Of a stretch of DNA of 64,000 nucleotides, positions 36,527-46,285 are shown one piece after another. Both the position numbers and the translations under genes were made by a program. The stretch is from NCBI GenBank assembly GCA_041649135.1, contig JBAZNQ010000001.1:445438-509437 (forward strand). Reading direction: 5' to 3'. The notes below the pieces were generated by a model that did not search any database, was not told the DNA's origin, and saw nothing but the letters and a program-made list of their open reading frames with translations. How positions within the stretch are numbered: position 1 is the stretch's first letter; the number at the start of each line of letters is the position of its first letter. Source of the DNA: Patescibacteria group bacterium. GTDB taxonomy: Bacteria; Patescibacteriota; Kazan-3B-28.

Positions 36527-37024
36527 TTAAACTCTCGCAAACAAAATCATATAATTGTTGCCAAACTTCTGGGCGCACTTCGGACAATAGGCGTAGTGAA
36601 TATAATATTCCTTTGCCTTTTTATTCTGGCCAGCCAAATACTGGTTCATCTGCCCAATGAATTTTGGGATAGAGTTATACCCGCCATCAAACACCTTAGC
36701 CACAAACGTCCCAGACAATGTTACATTTTTAGCATCGGGCACCACCCCAGTGGTTGAAATATGAATGTCGGACCGAAACGCCGTTGGATCCGAAAACAGC
36801 ACCAAAACACTTCCCTTGTCCTCCGCCACCATTTTGGCATCCTCCACCATTTTCCACATCTTGGTAATTTTGCTACCGATCATTGAAGGAAGTGGCATAT
36901 GAAAAAACGTCGGGATACTTTCCTTGATAAACGGCTTATTCTCCCAATTAAATTCTTTCCCGTCCCACCGAGCCACATCGAACTGCGGGCAACACACCTG
37001 ATCGTTCTGAAGTTGGTTATTCAT
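36527..37024 (-). CDS. Conserved hypothetical protein (GyrI-like fold)
   Basis: CCPQFD...WD, LSGTF..KVFDG.Y, YAYCPKCA.KFG.NY. Confidence 0.75.
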   Translation of the reverse strand: MNNQLQNDQVCCPQFDVARWDGKEFNWENKPFIKESIPTFFHMPLPSMIGSKITKMWKMVEDAKMVAEDKGSVLVLFSDPTAFRSDIHISTTGVVPDAKNVTLSGTFVAKVFDGGYNSIPKFIGQMNQYLAGQNKKAKEYYIHYAYCPKCAQKFGNNYMILFARV

Positions 37025-37041
37025 CTCTTTTCTATTAGTTA

Positions 37042-37470
37042 CTATATTTTTATCTTATTACCCAAAAATGCCTCAAACGCCGGTAATAAATTTGGTATCA
37101 GGTTGTAATTTTGGAACTCCTTGGGATCAATCCACTCAAACGCATCGTGATCCTCACTTAGCACCACTCGGTCCGAGTTAGTTTCACATTCAAAGAACGT
37201 TCCGACGATCTGCCATTGCTCACCTCTAACTACTGGTCGCCATTCATTCACAAAAAACGGCTTTCCGATTTTCACAGTCAACCCTGTCTCTTCCATAATT
37301 TCCCGCAACAAACTTTCATCAAACCTCTGCCCCGGCTTTAACCTTCCCCCCGGTACATCAAACCTCGCCACATTCGACCCATCTTCATATTTGGTCGACT
37401 CGCGCAAAATCAAAACCTTCCCGTTGAAAACAATAAATGCTTTTGTTGCCACAAAAATTTTCGGTTCCAT
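37042..37470 (-). CDS. NUDIX hydrolase
   Basis: DVPGGRLKPGQRFDESLLREIMEETGL; true start follows tRNA-Ser. Confidence 0.9.
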   Translation of the reverse strand: MEPKIFVATKAFIVFNGKVLILRESTKYEDGSNVARFDVPGGRLKPGQRFDESLLREIMEETGLTVKIGKPFFVNEWRPVVRGEQWQIVGTFFECETNSDRVVLSEDHDAFEWIDPKEFQNYNLIPNLLPAFEAFLGNKIKI

Positions 37471-37479
37471 AATTTCTCC

Positions 37480-37569
37480 TGGCGGAGGGTGAGGGATTCG
37501 AACCCTCGAGGGGCTTGCGCCCCAAACCGCTTTCCAAGCGATCGCCATAGACCGCTAGGCGAACCCTCC
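37480..37569 (-). tRNA. tRNA-Ser(GGA)
   Basis: GGAGGGT/ACCCTCC acceptor, TTGGAAA loop, long variable arm GGGGC-GCAA-GCCCC, GCCA end. Confidence 0.95.
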
Positions 37570-37766
37570 AATTAAACGCTCCACGTTAATATTCAATATC
37601 CAATCTCCAATTTTTCAACCATCATAGCCCCATTGGACATTGGGCATTGGACATTAGCCCGTAGGACTCTCCCTACTCCCAACTGCCCATATTATACCTG
37701 TCCCATTCATTGGCCGACAGCAATAAAAAAAGGCGGGCTGTTGCCCGCCTCATCTAAGATACGCTA

Positions 37767-38240
37767 TTAACTCTGCGTGGAAGCTTCTTTGACCTGCCGT
37801 TGGACCCCAGCTATAGCTTGCTGCGTCTCCGCCACCTGCTGATTCGTTTTCTGTAGGAGCTTACTTGCTCCCTCTAGACCTGACCCCAGTATCATTAGCA
37901 GATAATGAAAATCTGTCCCGGTCGGGTCCTTCGCCGCACCCGCAATGTGCAAGTGGCAGAAAGCTGCACCAAGCTTCTTGTACAAATGGTCTAATAGGAC
38001 GCCCCCACAGCACTCCAGTACAATTTCCCTGCCAAGCAGCTCAAGCACGTGATATTGCTCGTCTTCCTCATCCCTGTTATCGACGTCCTCGTCCTCCAAC
38101 AGCGAAGGAAGCTCTGTGCCGCAGAACCCACATGTGCAGGCCCCCAAGACGACACCGAATGGAATGGACTTATGGGTCCAATCGTGCGTTTCACTATCAC
38201 CCAACGGTTTCGACACTATGGGTTGTTTGGGTTTGGACAT
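37767..38240 (-). CDS. Hypothetical protein with CxCxxC and CC motifs
   Basis: GGAGGTG before the ATG at 38240; downstream terminator hairpin at about 37724-37750. Confidence 0.6.
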   Translation of the reverse strand: MSKPKQPIVSKPLGDSETHDWTHKSIPFGVVLGACTCGFCGTELPSLLEDEDVDNRDEEDEQYHVLELLGREIVLECCGGVLLDHLYKKLGAAFCHLHIAGAAKDPTGTDFHYLLMILGSGLEGASKLLQKTNQQVAETQQAIAGVQRQVKEASTQS

Positions 38241-38763
38241 AGCCACCTCCAAGTTCTCAAAGGGGACACCAGCCCCCTCTGGTTTTGATGACTCCACTCT
38301 ACACCTCCCCAACCCCATTGAGCAAATAGCGTCCGCCAATAGCAAAATTGACCGCTTAGCCCAGCATGTTTGAGGAGCAAAGCGACGAGTTTGCGATTAA
38401 GGCAAGAAAGGTCAATTTTGCTCTATTGGCTAGCTATTTGTGATTGGGCGTCCTTTCGGTGCTACCGCTTTGGACGAGCAAAGCGGTAGCGAAAAAGAAA
38501 ATGGATTCCCGCCTTCGCGGGAATGACGACGGGGGTATGGGGGTTGACCCCCAGAATAAAACAACCTATACTGCCCTCATATAAAACCTAACCTTCTACT
38601 CCCCGAGACAACCTCGGGGCAAAGCCCCCTCACAGAGGCTCACCCATAGACAAGGCTGACTTCAGATAGGTAAAAGTTGCCAAAGGCAACCCCCATCACT
38701 GTTCACTATTAACTATTCACTCTTCACCCCTCACTATTAATTATTAACCATTAACTAACCCCT

Positions 38764-39312
38764 ATGGCTACACAGGAAGAAATCACCTTCGGTAACTACG
38801 AAGTTACCCTGCTCATCTCCCCCGAGACACAGGAGATGGATATTCAAAAGCTTGTCACCAAGCTCCAGAACCAAATCGCCCAAAAGGGCGGCCGGATTCT
38901 ATTCACTAATCTCTGGGGCAAACAGCGCCTAGCCTATCCAATTGGCAAGTTCGAGTTTGGCCACTACGCCAATCTCGTTTTTAGCTATCCCTCGGCTCAA
39001 CTAAGTGATTTCAGTCACGACATCAAACTAATGCCGGAAATCGTCCGTCACCTTATCATTTCTCTCGATAAAGAGGGTGTGAAACCAGAAACAATGAGAC
39101 AGTTTGATCCGTTCAAGGAACAGGCCATGTCTTCTCGTACAACTACTGAAGGACGTTCGATATCCCCAGTCGCTCCAATTCGAGCTCGGAAAACTTCTAC
39201 TATCGGACGTCCGACATCCCCTGTTGAAAAACCAAAAGCATCCGACAAGGATGAGGCCACTCGTCTGAAAGAGCTGGAAGAAAAACTCGGCAAACTACTC
39301 GAAGAAGAATAA
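38764..39312 (+). CDS. rpsF: 30S ribosomal protein S6 with C-terminal extension
   Basis: YEVTLLI.P, WGKQRLAYPI, VRHLII; rpsF-ssb-rpsR synteny. Confidence 0.93.
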   Translation: MATQEEITFGNYEVTLLISPETQEMDIQKLVTKLQNQIAQKGGRILFTNLWGKQRLAYPIGKFEFGHYANLVFSYPSAQLSDFSHDIKLMPEIVRHLIISLDKEGVKPETMRQFDPFKEQAMSSRTTTEGRSISPVAPIRARKTSTIGRPTSPVEKPKASDKDEATRLKELEEKLGKLLEEE

Positions 39313-39376
39313 TAAAAGCACCACAGGCGCTACCACAACTTTTCACTTACCACTTATAACTTTTAACTATCCAACC

Positions 39377-39859
39377 ATGCGCGATCTAAACAAAGTCATG
39401 CTCATCGGAAATCTTACTCGCGACCCAGAACTCCGCACAACGAACAGCGGACAAACAGTCGCTTCATTTGCCGTCGCCACCAACCGGTCTTGGAATGATG
39501 CTCAAGGCGTTCGCCAAGATGCCGTCGAATATATCGACATTGTGGCGTGGGGCAAGTTGGCTGAAATCGTTGGTCAAATCTACCGCAAAGGCCGTCGGAC
39601 TTACGTCGAAGGTCGTTTGCAAACCCGCAACTGGGAAGCACAAGACGGGACCAAACGCTACAAGACCGAAGTGGTCGCTTCCGACTTAATCTTGCTCGAC
39701 AAAGCCCCAGCCGGCGAAGTTGCGCCTCTGCAAAACAATGCGGGCAACACTGAAGGACATCCGACATCCCAAACTGCCGAACAGCCAGTCGCCGCAGCTA
39801 CCACCGATCCCCTCGCTACCGCCGCTGATGAAATCAACATCGAAGATATCCCCTTCTAG
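39377..39859 (+). CDS. ssb: Single-stranded DNA-binding protein
   Basis: NKVMLIGNLTRDPELR, YVEGRLQTR.W, acidic DIPF tip. Confidence 0.97.
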   Translation: MRDLNKVMLIGNLTRDPELRTTNSGQTVASFAVATNRSWNDAQGVRQDAVEYIDIVAWGKLAEIVGQIYRKGRRTYVEGRLQTRNWEAQDGTKRYKTEVVASDLILLDKAPAGEVAPLQNNAGNTEGHPTSQTAEQPVAAATTDPLATAADEINIEDIPF

Positions 39860-39954
39860 AAAACTACTTGTCCCGTTAGAAATTTAGAAAACGGGCAAAC
39901 ACATTAAACAATCTTAATACATTCAATTCATACAAGCATAAATTTCTAATCGGG

Positions 39955-40215
39955 ATGGCATTCTCAAAAAAAACATCTCCCAGCATTAGCCGTCGTCGTC
40001 CGAGCACTCTGACCCCTCGCAATTTCAGTCTCTCTAGCGACGAGTTGAACTACATCGATTACAAAAATATCCGAATGATCCGCCGGTATATGACTCGGTA
40101 TATGAAAATCGAACCCCGCCGCCGTTCTGGCCTCACCGCCAAGCAACAGCGCGATATGGCCACCGCCATCAAGCGCGCTCGCTATATGGCTCTGGTCCCT
40201 TACACCCTCCATTAA
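39955..40215 (+). CDS. rpsR: 30S ribosomal protein S18 (C- form, no zinc cysteines)
   Basis: IDYKN, KIEPRRRSG..AKQQR..ATAIKRAR.MALVPY. Confidence 0.95.
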   Translation: MAFSKKTSPSISRRRPSTLTPRNFSLSSDELNYIDYKNIRMIRRYMTRYMKIEPRRRSGLTAKQQRDMATAIKRARYMALVPYTLH

Positions 40216-40740
40216 ATGACCACCCAACTCCAGCAATATCGCGACTCCGCACTAACTACTGATGGTAGCGTCATCGGATTCTATGAGCGAGAGTTCTATG
40301 TTTTTTCCAACTTCTCCAGTTTTCAAGTGGAGTGGCACGGTCGCCTCTGGCCCACTTCGGAACACGCCTATCAAGCCGCTCACTTTTTTGACACCGCGCC
40401 AGAACTAGTTGAGCAAATCTTTCATGCCAAGTCAGCCCACGAAGCATTCAAAATTGCCAAAACTAACGCCGACAAAGCTCCTGCCAATTGGGAAGACATC
40501 AAAGTTGGCATCATGGAAGATATCTGCAAGCACAAGCTTCTCCAACACCGATACATCCAAAGAAAACTCTTACAAACTGGCGATCTGCCGCTAGTTGAAG
40601 ACTCCCCCGCAGATCCATGCTGGGGTTGGGGCAAAGACCGTCAAGGTCGCAATGAACTCGGCAAAGTCTGGATGAGACTCCGTGATTGGTTTATCGCCAA
40701 CACCGACTCCACCACCCAACAAAACCTATTAAAAGACTAA
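40216..40740 (+). CDS. NADAR (YbiA-like) family protein
   Basis: FSNF, WPTSEHAYQA, LLQTG...LVE.SP.D..WG, GRNELGK. Confidence 0.92.
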   Translation: MTTQLQQYRDSALTTDGSVIGFYEREFYVFSNFSSFQVEWHGRLWPTSEHAYQAAHFFDTAPELVEQIFHAKSAHEAFKIAKTNADKAPANWEDIKVGIMEDICKHKLLQHRYIQRKLLQTGDLPLVEDSPADPCWGWGKDRQGRNELGKVWMRLRDWFIANTDSTTQQNLLKD

Positions 40741-40785
40741 CACCACCCTCTAGTGGCTAGTGGCTAATCCCTAAACTCTAACTTT

Positions 40786-41346
40786 ATGCTTTCCCTCAAC
40801 GACATCAAAACCGGAGTGAACATCGAGCTCGAAGGCGCTCCCTATGAAGTGGTTAAATACCAACACTCCAAAATGGGACGCGGTGGAGCTGTCTTGCGCA
40901 CCACTCTCAAAAACCTGCTGACCGGCAACAACATTGAACGGACCTTCCATGGCGAAGAAAAATTCAATCCGGTCAATCTCGAACGTCGCAAAACTCAATT
41001 TCTCTACCGCCAAGGGAATGATTTTATGTTTATGGATAGTACCACCTTCGACCAATTTACTATCAATGGTTCTGTGATTGGCTTTGCTAATAACTTCCTC
41101 AAAGACGGTCAGGAAGTTGATCTGATTTTCTACAATGGCCAGCCAATCAATATTACTCTGCCAGCCAAAATGCCTTTCAAAGTTATTGAGTCGGAACCAG
41201 CTATCAAGGGCGATACTGCTACTAACCCGCAAAAAAACATTACCATTGAAACTGGTATGATTCTGCGAGCTCCCATGTTCATCAATACCGGCGATACGAT
41301 ACTGGTAGACACTCGCGACGGTTCATATATCGAGCGAGCCAAATAA
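40786..41346 (+). CDS. efp: Elongation factor P
   Basis: HSKMGRGGA loop, QFLY, KGDTA, ETG...PMFI..GD.I.VDTR.G.Y.ER. Confidence 0.96.
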   Translation: MLSLNDIKTGVNIELEGAPYEVVKYQHSKMGRGGAVLRTTLKNLLTGNNIERTFHGEEKFNPVNLERRKTQFLYRQGNDFMFMDSTTFDQFTINGSVIGFANNFLKDGQEVDLIFYNGQPINITLPAKMPFKVIESEPAIKGDTATNPQKNITIETGMILRAPMFINTGDTILVDTRDGSYIERAK

Positions 41347-41539
41347 CACACCAGCATCATCCCCAATACACCCCGTCATTCCGGCCTCCACCTGCCCGCC
41401 TTTGGAGGGAGCCGGAATCCAGACAACAACAGAAACATTTTTTATTTTCTTTGCTGGATTCTCCGGTTCCATCCTTCGTTCGCCATGGCGAACTACGGAG
41501 GACTAACGCAAGCCGGAGAATGACAAAATTAAATATCGC

Positions 41540-42037
41540 ATGATGAAAGAATTATTTGCTACCACCAAGAACGGACATTCTATCTGGTTTGATTCCCAGA
41601 CCTCTCACGCCGCCACCCATTTTGACGAGAATCCCGAGCTTCCACGACACATCAAAGATATTCTTTCAGACCTGTCGCCTACTGACGATGGTATTTATGA
41701 GGAAATTAAATTTGACCATCCGATCGGGATGACCGACTTGGTTACCACCGATAACACTGATGACATCGTCTACGCTAGACGAGCTGGACGAGAGGTCTAC
41801 ACTCGTTTTACTAAAAGTCGTCAGCCAGTATCTACCGATACTATTACTATCTGGCTCGTACGCCTACCCAGCGGAGATTATGACCTCGCCAGCGCTTGGT
41901 TTGGCACCAAGGTCCCGTCCTTCCCCGGCGACGAATGGGAAGTCCCTGAAAGCAAAGAATTTTGGAAAACCCACGCCCTAGTCTGGGGCAGACAAGCTAC
42001 AATTAAAGAAACAGAAACTACTGACTGTCCGTGGTAA
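41540..42037 (+). CDS. Hypothetical protein
   Basis: IVYARRAGR..YTRF, SAWFG...P.FPGD, FW..HALV; appears conserved but no function recognised. Confidence 0.7.
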   Translation: MMKELFATTKNGHSIWFDSQTSHAATHFDENPELPRHIKDILSDLSPTDDGIYEEIKFDHPIGMTDLVTTDNTDDIVYARRAGREVYTRFTKSRQPVSTDTITIWLVRLPSGDYDLASAWFGTKVPSFPGDEWEVPESKEFWKTHALVWGRQATIKETETTDCPW

Positions 42038-42088
42038 AAACCCCAGCACATTTTGATTATTGGTTATTGGTAATTGATTATTAACTCT

Positions 42089-43183
42089 ATGAGTTTAAAA
42101 ATTGGTATCGTTGGCCTCCCCAACGTCGGGAAATCTACTTTATTTAATGCTCTACTTGGTGCCAACCAAGCAACGGCTTCCAATTTCCCGTTCTGTACTA
42201 TCGAACCGAACACCGGCATCGTTCCCGTTCCCGATGCTCGTCTGGCCAAACTCTCCGAGCTGGAACATTCAGCTCAAATCGTCCCTGCTACCGTTGAGTT
42301 TGTGGATATTGCCGGTCTTGTGCGCGGCGCCTCCCAAGGTGAAGGATTAGGCAACAAATTCCTTTCTCATGTTCGCGAAGTGGACGCCATCCTTGAAGTC
42401 GTTCGTTTGTTTTCCGATTCCAATGTCACCCATGTTAGCGGCGATATTTCGCCCAAAGACGATATTGAGATCATCAATACCGAGCTTATTCTTGCCGACC
42501 TACAAAGTATGGAGGGACGCTTAGTCAAAGAAGAAAAGGCTGCCCGCGGCGATGCCAAACTTCAGCCCAAAGTAGATTTCTTTCTAAGAGTCCAAGAACA
42601 TTTAGGTAACGGTCTACCCGCTCGCTCAATGAACTTGTCTGACACAGAGCTCCTGTGGTTAAAAGAACTTCAGCTCATTTCCGCCAAACCCATTCTTTAC
42701 ATCGCTAATATCGACGGTACCCAAATCAAAGATGCCGTTACCCTTCTCAACCCAGTTCACGAACTTGTTACCAAAGACAACGCCGAGATTATCGCCATTG
42801 ACGCCAAGACTGAAGCCGAAGTCGTAGAACTTACGCCAGAAGAACGCATCGATTATCTTCGCGAAGCTGGTATTACCGAGTCAGGCTTGGACAAGGTTAT
42901 CCGTGCCGGCTACAAGTTACTCGGTCTCATCACCTATTTCACCGCCGGCGAAAAAGAAACCCGCGGTTGGACTATTCACAATGGCGATACCGCTCCCATT
43001 GCCGCCGGTGCCATTCATACCGATTTCACCAAAGGCTTCATCCGTGCTGAAACCGTTGGCTTTAATGATTTCATCAACAACGGCGGTTGGATCGGTGCCA
43101 AAACTGCTGGAAAGGTCCGAAGTGAAGGCAAAGACTACGTCGTTAAAGACGGCGATGTCATGCTCTTCCGCTTCAACGTGTAA
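42089..43183 (+). CDS. ychF: Redox-regulated ATPase YchF
   Basis: GIVGLPNVGKSTLFNAL, NFPFCTIEPN, DIAGLV.GAS.GEGLGNKFL, TGS domain. Confidence 0.97.
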   Translation: MSLKIGIVGLPNVGKSTLFNALLGANQATASNFPFCTIEPNTGIVPVPDARLAKLSELEHSAQIVPATVEFVDIAGLVRGASQGEGLGNKFLSHVREVDAILEVVRLFSDSNVTHVSGDISPKDDIEIINTELILADLQSMEGRLVKEEKAARGDAKLQPKVDFFLRVQEHLGNGLPARSMNLSDTELLWLKELQLISAKPILYIANIDGTQIKDAVTLLNPVHELVTKDNAEIIAIDAKTEAEVVELTPEERIDYLREAGITESGLDKVIRAGYKLLGLITYFTAGEKETRGWTIHNGDTAPIAAGAIHTDFTKGFIRAETVGFNDFINNGGWIGAKTAGKVRSEGKDYVVKDGDVMLFRFNV

Positions 43184-43251
43184 ACTTAATTCCCATCCCT
43201 CCCGCCATTGGAGGAGGAATGTATTGCCTGCCCGCGGACGGGAAAGATCCT

Positions 43252-44559
43252 CTAAAACCCACTCACCAGCCAACTGAAGAAATTCGAAACTCCTCTCAAC
43301 CACCCTTCGATACAGTCGTAGAATTCAGTTGTCGTAGTAGTAGTTCCTGGCAAACTCGGCGTCGGCGACACAGTACTTGGTGTCGTCGGTTGTTTCACAA
43401 CCGGTGCTTGGGCTCTTGGTACTACCGTAATCTTCCAAGTTACTTGCGCCCCCATCCATTGCTTCCATTCCACTACTGCTCCATAGGTTTCAGTATACAG
43501 TCCCGCTTTAGTCGGTGCTTTGATCGTAAACGTAAATCGACCAGTTTCACCCGGCACTACTACTCGGCGATTGCTTACCGAAGTATCGGCATTAGTTACC
43601 ACTACTGGGCGGTTAAACTTAATCCAGTTCCAATATCTAAATGGTGTAGTCCGATCTTTTGAAGTTCCTAACCGCACCGGATTTCTGCCATAGTTGTACC
43701 AAGGTATAGTACCTGTATTTTTCATCTCCACCCACACCTTGGCTGTTTGACCAGCCGTTAATGTCATCTCAACTGGCGATTGGCCAACCAATGCGTCAGC
43801 ATAATACGCCCCTCGTACCGTCACCAGATTCCCCCAACTGCTGAACCTTCCATTGCTGTTATAGGCAGTCAAAGAATATTGGCCAGCCTTAAATCCAACT
43901 GGCACTATCAGACTGACCCGACCATTACCCGACCACACCATCCGTAGTTGAGTCTCCCCTAATTTAAAGATCGTATTATATTCAAAATTCGCACCGATTA
44001 CTGTCAACGTCGTTTCGCTAGTATTATCAAACACGCTAGGGGTTACATCGTTAATTAACGGATAGACATTTTTCATCGAGTCACCCGAACCCCCACCACC
44101 TCCGGGAGTTGGAGTGGCTGGTGTAGTAATACTGAACACCGCATCGCTTATATCGTTGATCGATGCGTCACCGACCTTGCTAACTCTGATCGTCGCAACT
44201 GTAGTAGCCGCGCTCGTTACCACCCAAGGATATGTCCCATCGTTGGTAGTAGAGGCCACAATCGTCTCCCAACTGCCACCCACCGACCGCTGAAGTTCAA
44301 TTTTTACATCAGTAATCGTCGCCGTAGCAGTCCAAGTGATGTTTTGACTAGTATCAATCTCCCAACTCTCACCACCATTAGGTGCCACTACGGTAATAGT
44401 TTCCCCAGCCGGCAAAACCGTCACATTAAAGGTAGCTGTCCCACTAGTACCAGCTAGCGTCCACACACTTCCCAACCCTACAATTCCAACTGCCAAAACG
44501 GCCACCAGCTCACGCTCTAGCCATTGTAATATCTTATGAATTTTAAAGCTGATTTGCAT
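43252..44559 (-). CDS. Cell-surface multi-Ig protein (PNGGE-type Ig, IPT/TIG, NBR1-like Ig)
   Basis: N-terminal TM; TVVAPNGGESW...ITW; LTVIGANF; V.MKNTG..PW...VVPGETGRFTF. Confidence 0.8.
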   Translation of the reverse strand: MQISFKIHKILQWLERELVAVLAVGIVGLGSVWTLAGTSGTATFNVTVLPAGETITVVAPNGGESWEIDTSQNITWTATATITDVKIELQRSVGGSWETIVASTTNDGTYPWVVTSAATTVATIRVSKVGDASINDISDAVFSITTPATPTPGGGGGSGDSMKNVYPLINDVTPSVFDNTSETTLTVIGANFEYNTIFKLGETQLRMVWSGNGRVSLIVPVGFKAGQYSLTAYNSNGRFSSWGNLVTVRGAYYADALVGQSPVEMTLTAGQTAKVWVEMKNTGTIPWYNYGRNPVRLGTSKDRTTPFRYWNWIKFNRPVVVTNADTSVSNRRVVVPGETGRFTFTIKAPTKAGLYTETYGAVVEWKQWMGAQVTWKITVVPRAQAPVVKQPTTPSTVSPTPSLPGTTTTTTEFYDCIEGWLRGVSNFFSWLVSGF

Positions 44560-44668
44560 CCAGCCGATTTTATTTTAGTTTTATTTTTAATTATAACACA
44601 AAACCTAACTTTAGTCAAGCTAGTTTAGTTCTGCTACAATATAACCATCTTGTACCCGAGGTGATGTT

Positions 44669-44920
44669 ATGACGAGTGGCAAGCATGTGGCCGATGATAG
44701 TCTCGCCAAGCAAATTGAAGTGCTGAACTCGGTCTTCATCCCCCATGAAGGACCGATAAGTATTCTCGTGCTTTGCGGCTCAACGGACGAGGCCGCTCTT
44801 GTCGCAGTCCAAGAAAGAATCCAGCACGCAGTTCAACCACTCCTGGATTTGCATCGCCAACTTAGCGACGAAGCAGCCATCGGTTTGGCCGATCCACACC
44901 TCATTCGTTCAGCGCCCTAG
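44669..44920 (+). CDS. Hypothetical protein
   Basis: GAGGTG RBS and TACAAT -10 upstream; 83 aa. Confidence 0.5.
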   Translation: MTSGKHVADDSLAKQIEVLNSVFIPHEGPISILVLCGSTDEAALVAVQERIQHAVQPLLDLHRQLSDEAAIGLADPHLIRSAP

Positions 44921-45267
44921 CCCGGCACCCGCCGGGTTTTTCTTTGCCTAGTTCCCCTCTCCGCCATTGGAGCTTGAGCGTCCTGAATCAACCAAATCCC
45001 GAAAATAGAGCGTGCCCATGTTTGAGGAGCTGGCAAGCTCCGAGTTCGCCGAGAGCGAAGAAAGCTAATTTTATTAGGCGAACAATTACAACGACCCCAA
45101 AGGGGAGCCTTAGGCTCTGGCGGGCGACTTTGGTTACTTTTGACAAGCCAAAAGTATCGCTGGATCAAACGCCAGCTAGCGTTTGGCTTCCGCCGATGGC
45201 AATCGGCATATAAAAATAGATTCCAGCCTGCGCTGGAATGACAAAAAATAAGGAAGTATAGGAGGGA

Positions 45268-46236
45268 CTAGATTACTTTCCGTCTCTCTTGATATTTATC
45301 CTTCGGCATCGTAAAAATCATTTTCCCAGCTACTGTCTGAAAAACTCGCGTTACCACCGCATCAACTTCATGACCAATGTGTTTGTCTCCACCCTCAACC
45401 ACAACCATCGTGCCATCCTCCAAATATCCAACTCCCTGTCCAGCGTCTTTGCCCGCTTGGATCACTCGCAATTTCATCGCCTCCCCCGGCAACACCACCG
45501 GTCTTAACGCGTTATTCAATTCATTAATATTCAAAACCACCACATTCTGGATCCGAGCCACCCGATTCAGATTGTAATCTACCGTCATCAGCCGAGCCCG
45601 TAGTTTTTTGGACAATCGAATAATCTTGGAGTCAACATCTGGTTCATTAATAAAATCATCCTCCACCACTTCCAATTTAATTCCCCTCTCCCGCCTTAAT
45701 TCATCCAGCGTTTCCAAACCCCGCCGACCTTTGCCACGCCGCAAAGCTTCCTCTGAATCCGCCACCACCTGCAACTCTTCCAATACAAATCGCGGCACAA
45801 TCAGCCGACCAGACAAAAACCCAGTCCGCACCAACTCACCAATCCGCCCGTCAATAATTACACTCGTATCCAGTACAATTCCACTCTCGTTGCTTGCCTG
45901 ACCATCCCGCTTCAACTTTCTGGTTTCTTGCACTAGTGTCTGAATCAAACTAAACAGCTGATTTAACGAGCCAGCAATCTTCTCCCGCTGGTTATAAAAG
46001 AAAGTAGTGATTAACGCCACCGAAAAAACATTGATCAACAACGGCAGCCACACTCCCCATGGCGCCGATAATTTACCAAACGGTAACGACAGTAGTGTTC
46101 CCGCCGACAGTCCCACGATCACCCCCAACAGAGTCATAAAAAACACCGATGATGGTACCATCGTTATCTTCTTTGCCACAATGATATACACCACGGCAAA
46201 CAAAACCAAAATCCCAATCGCGAATTGCCAGATCAT
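45268..46236 (-). CDS. PIN/TRAM domain membrane protein (YacL-like)
   Basis: LDTSVIIDGRI, RGKGRRGL, D.NLNRVA, QGVGYLEDGTMVVVE, QTVAGKMIF; follows clpC. Confidence 0.92.
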   Translation of the reverse strand: MIWQFAIGILVLFAVVYIIVAKKITMVPSSVFFMTLLGVIVGLSAGTLLSLPFGKLSAPWGVWLPLLINVFSVALITTFFYNQREKIAGSLNQLFSLIQTLVQETRKLKRDGQASNESGIVLDTSVIIDGRIGELVRTGFLSGRLIVPRFVLEELQVVADSEEALRRGKGRRGLETLDELRRERGIKLEVVEDDFINEPDVDSKIIRLSKKLRARLMTVDYNLNRVARIQNVVVLNINELNNALRPVVLPGEAMKLRVIQAGKDAGQGVGYLEDGTMVVVEGGDKHIGHEVDAVVTRVFQTVAGKMIFTMPKDKYQERRKVI

Positions 46237-46285
46237 AATCGAATTTTAGATAAATCCCTATGAATAAAGCCAACCACCAAACAAG

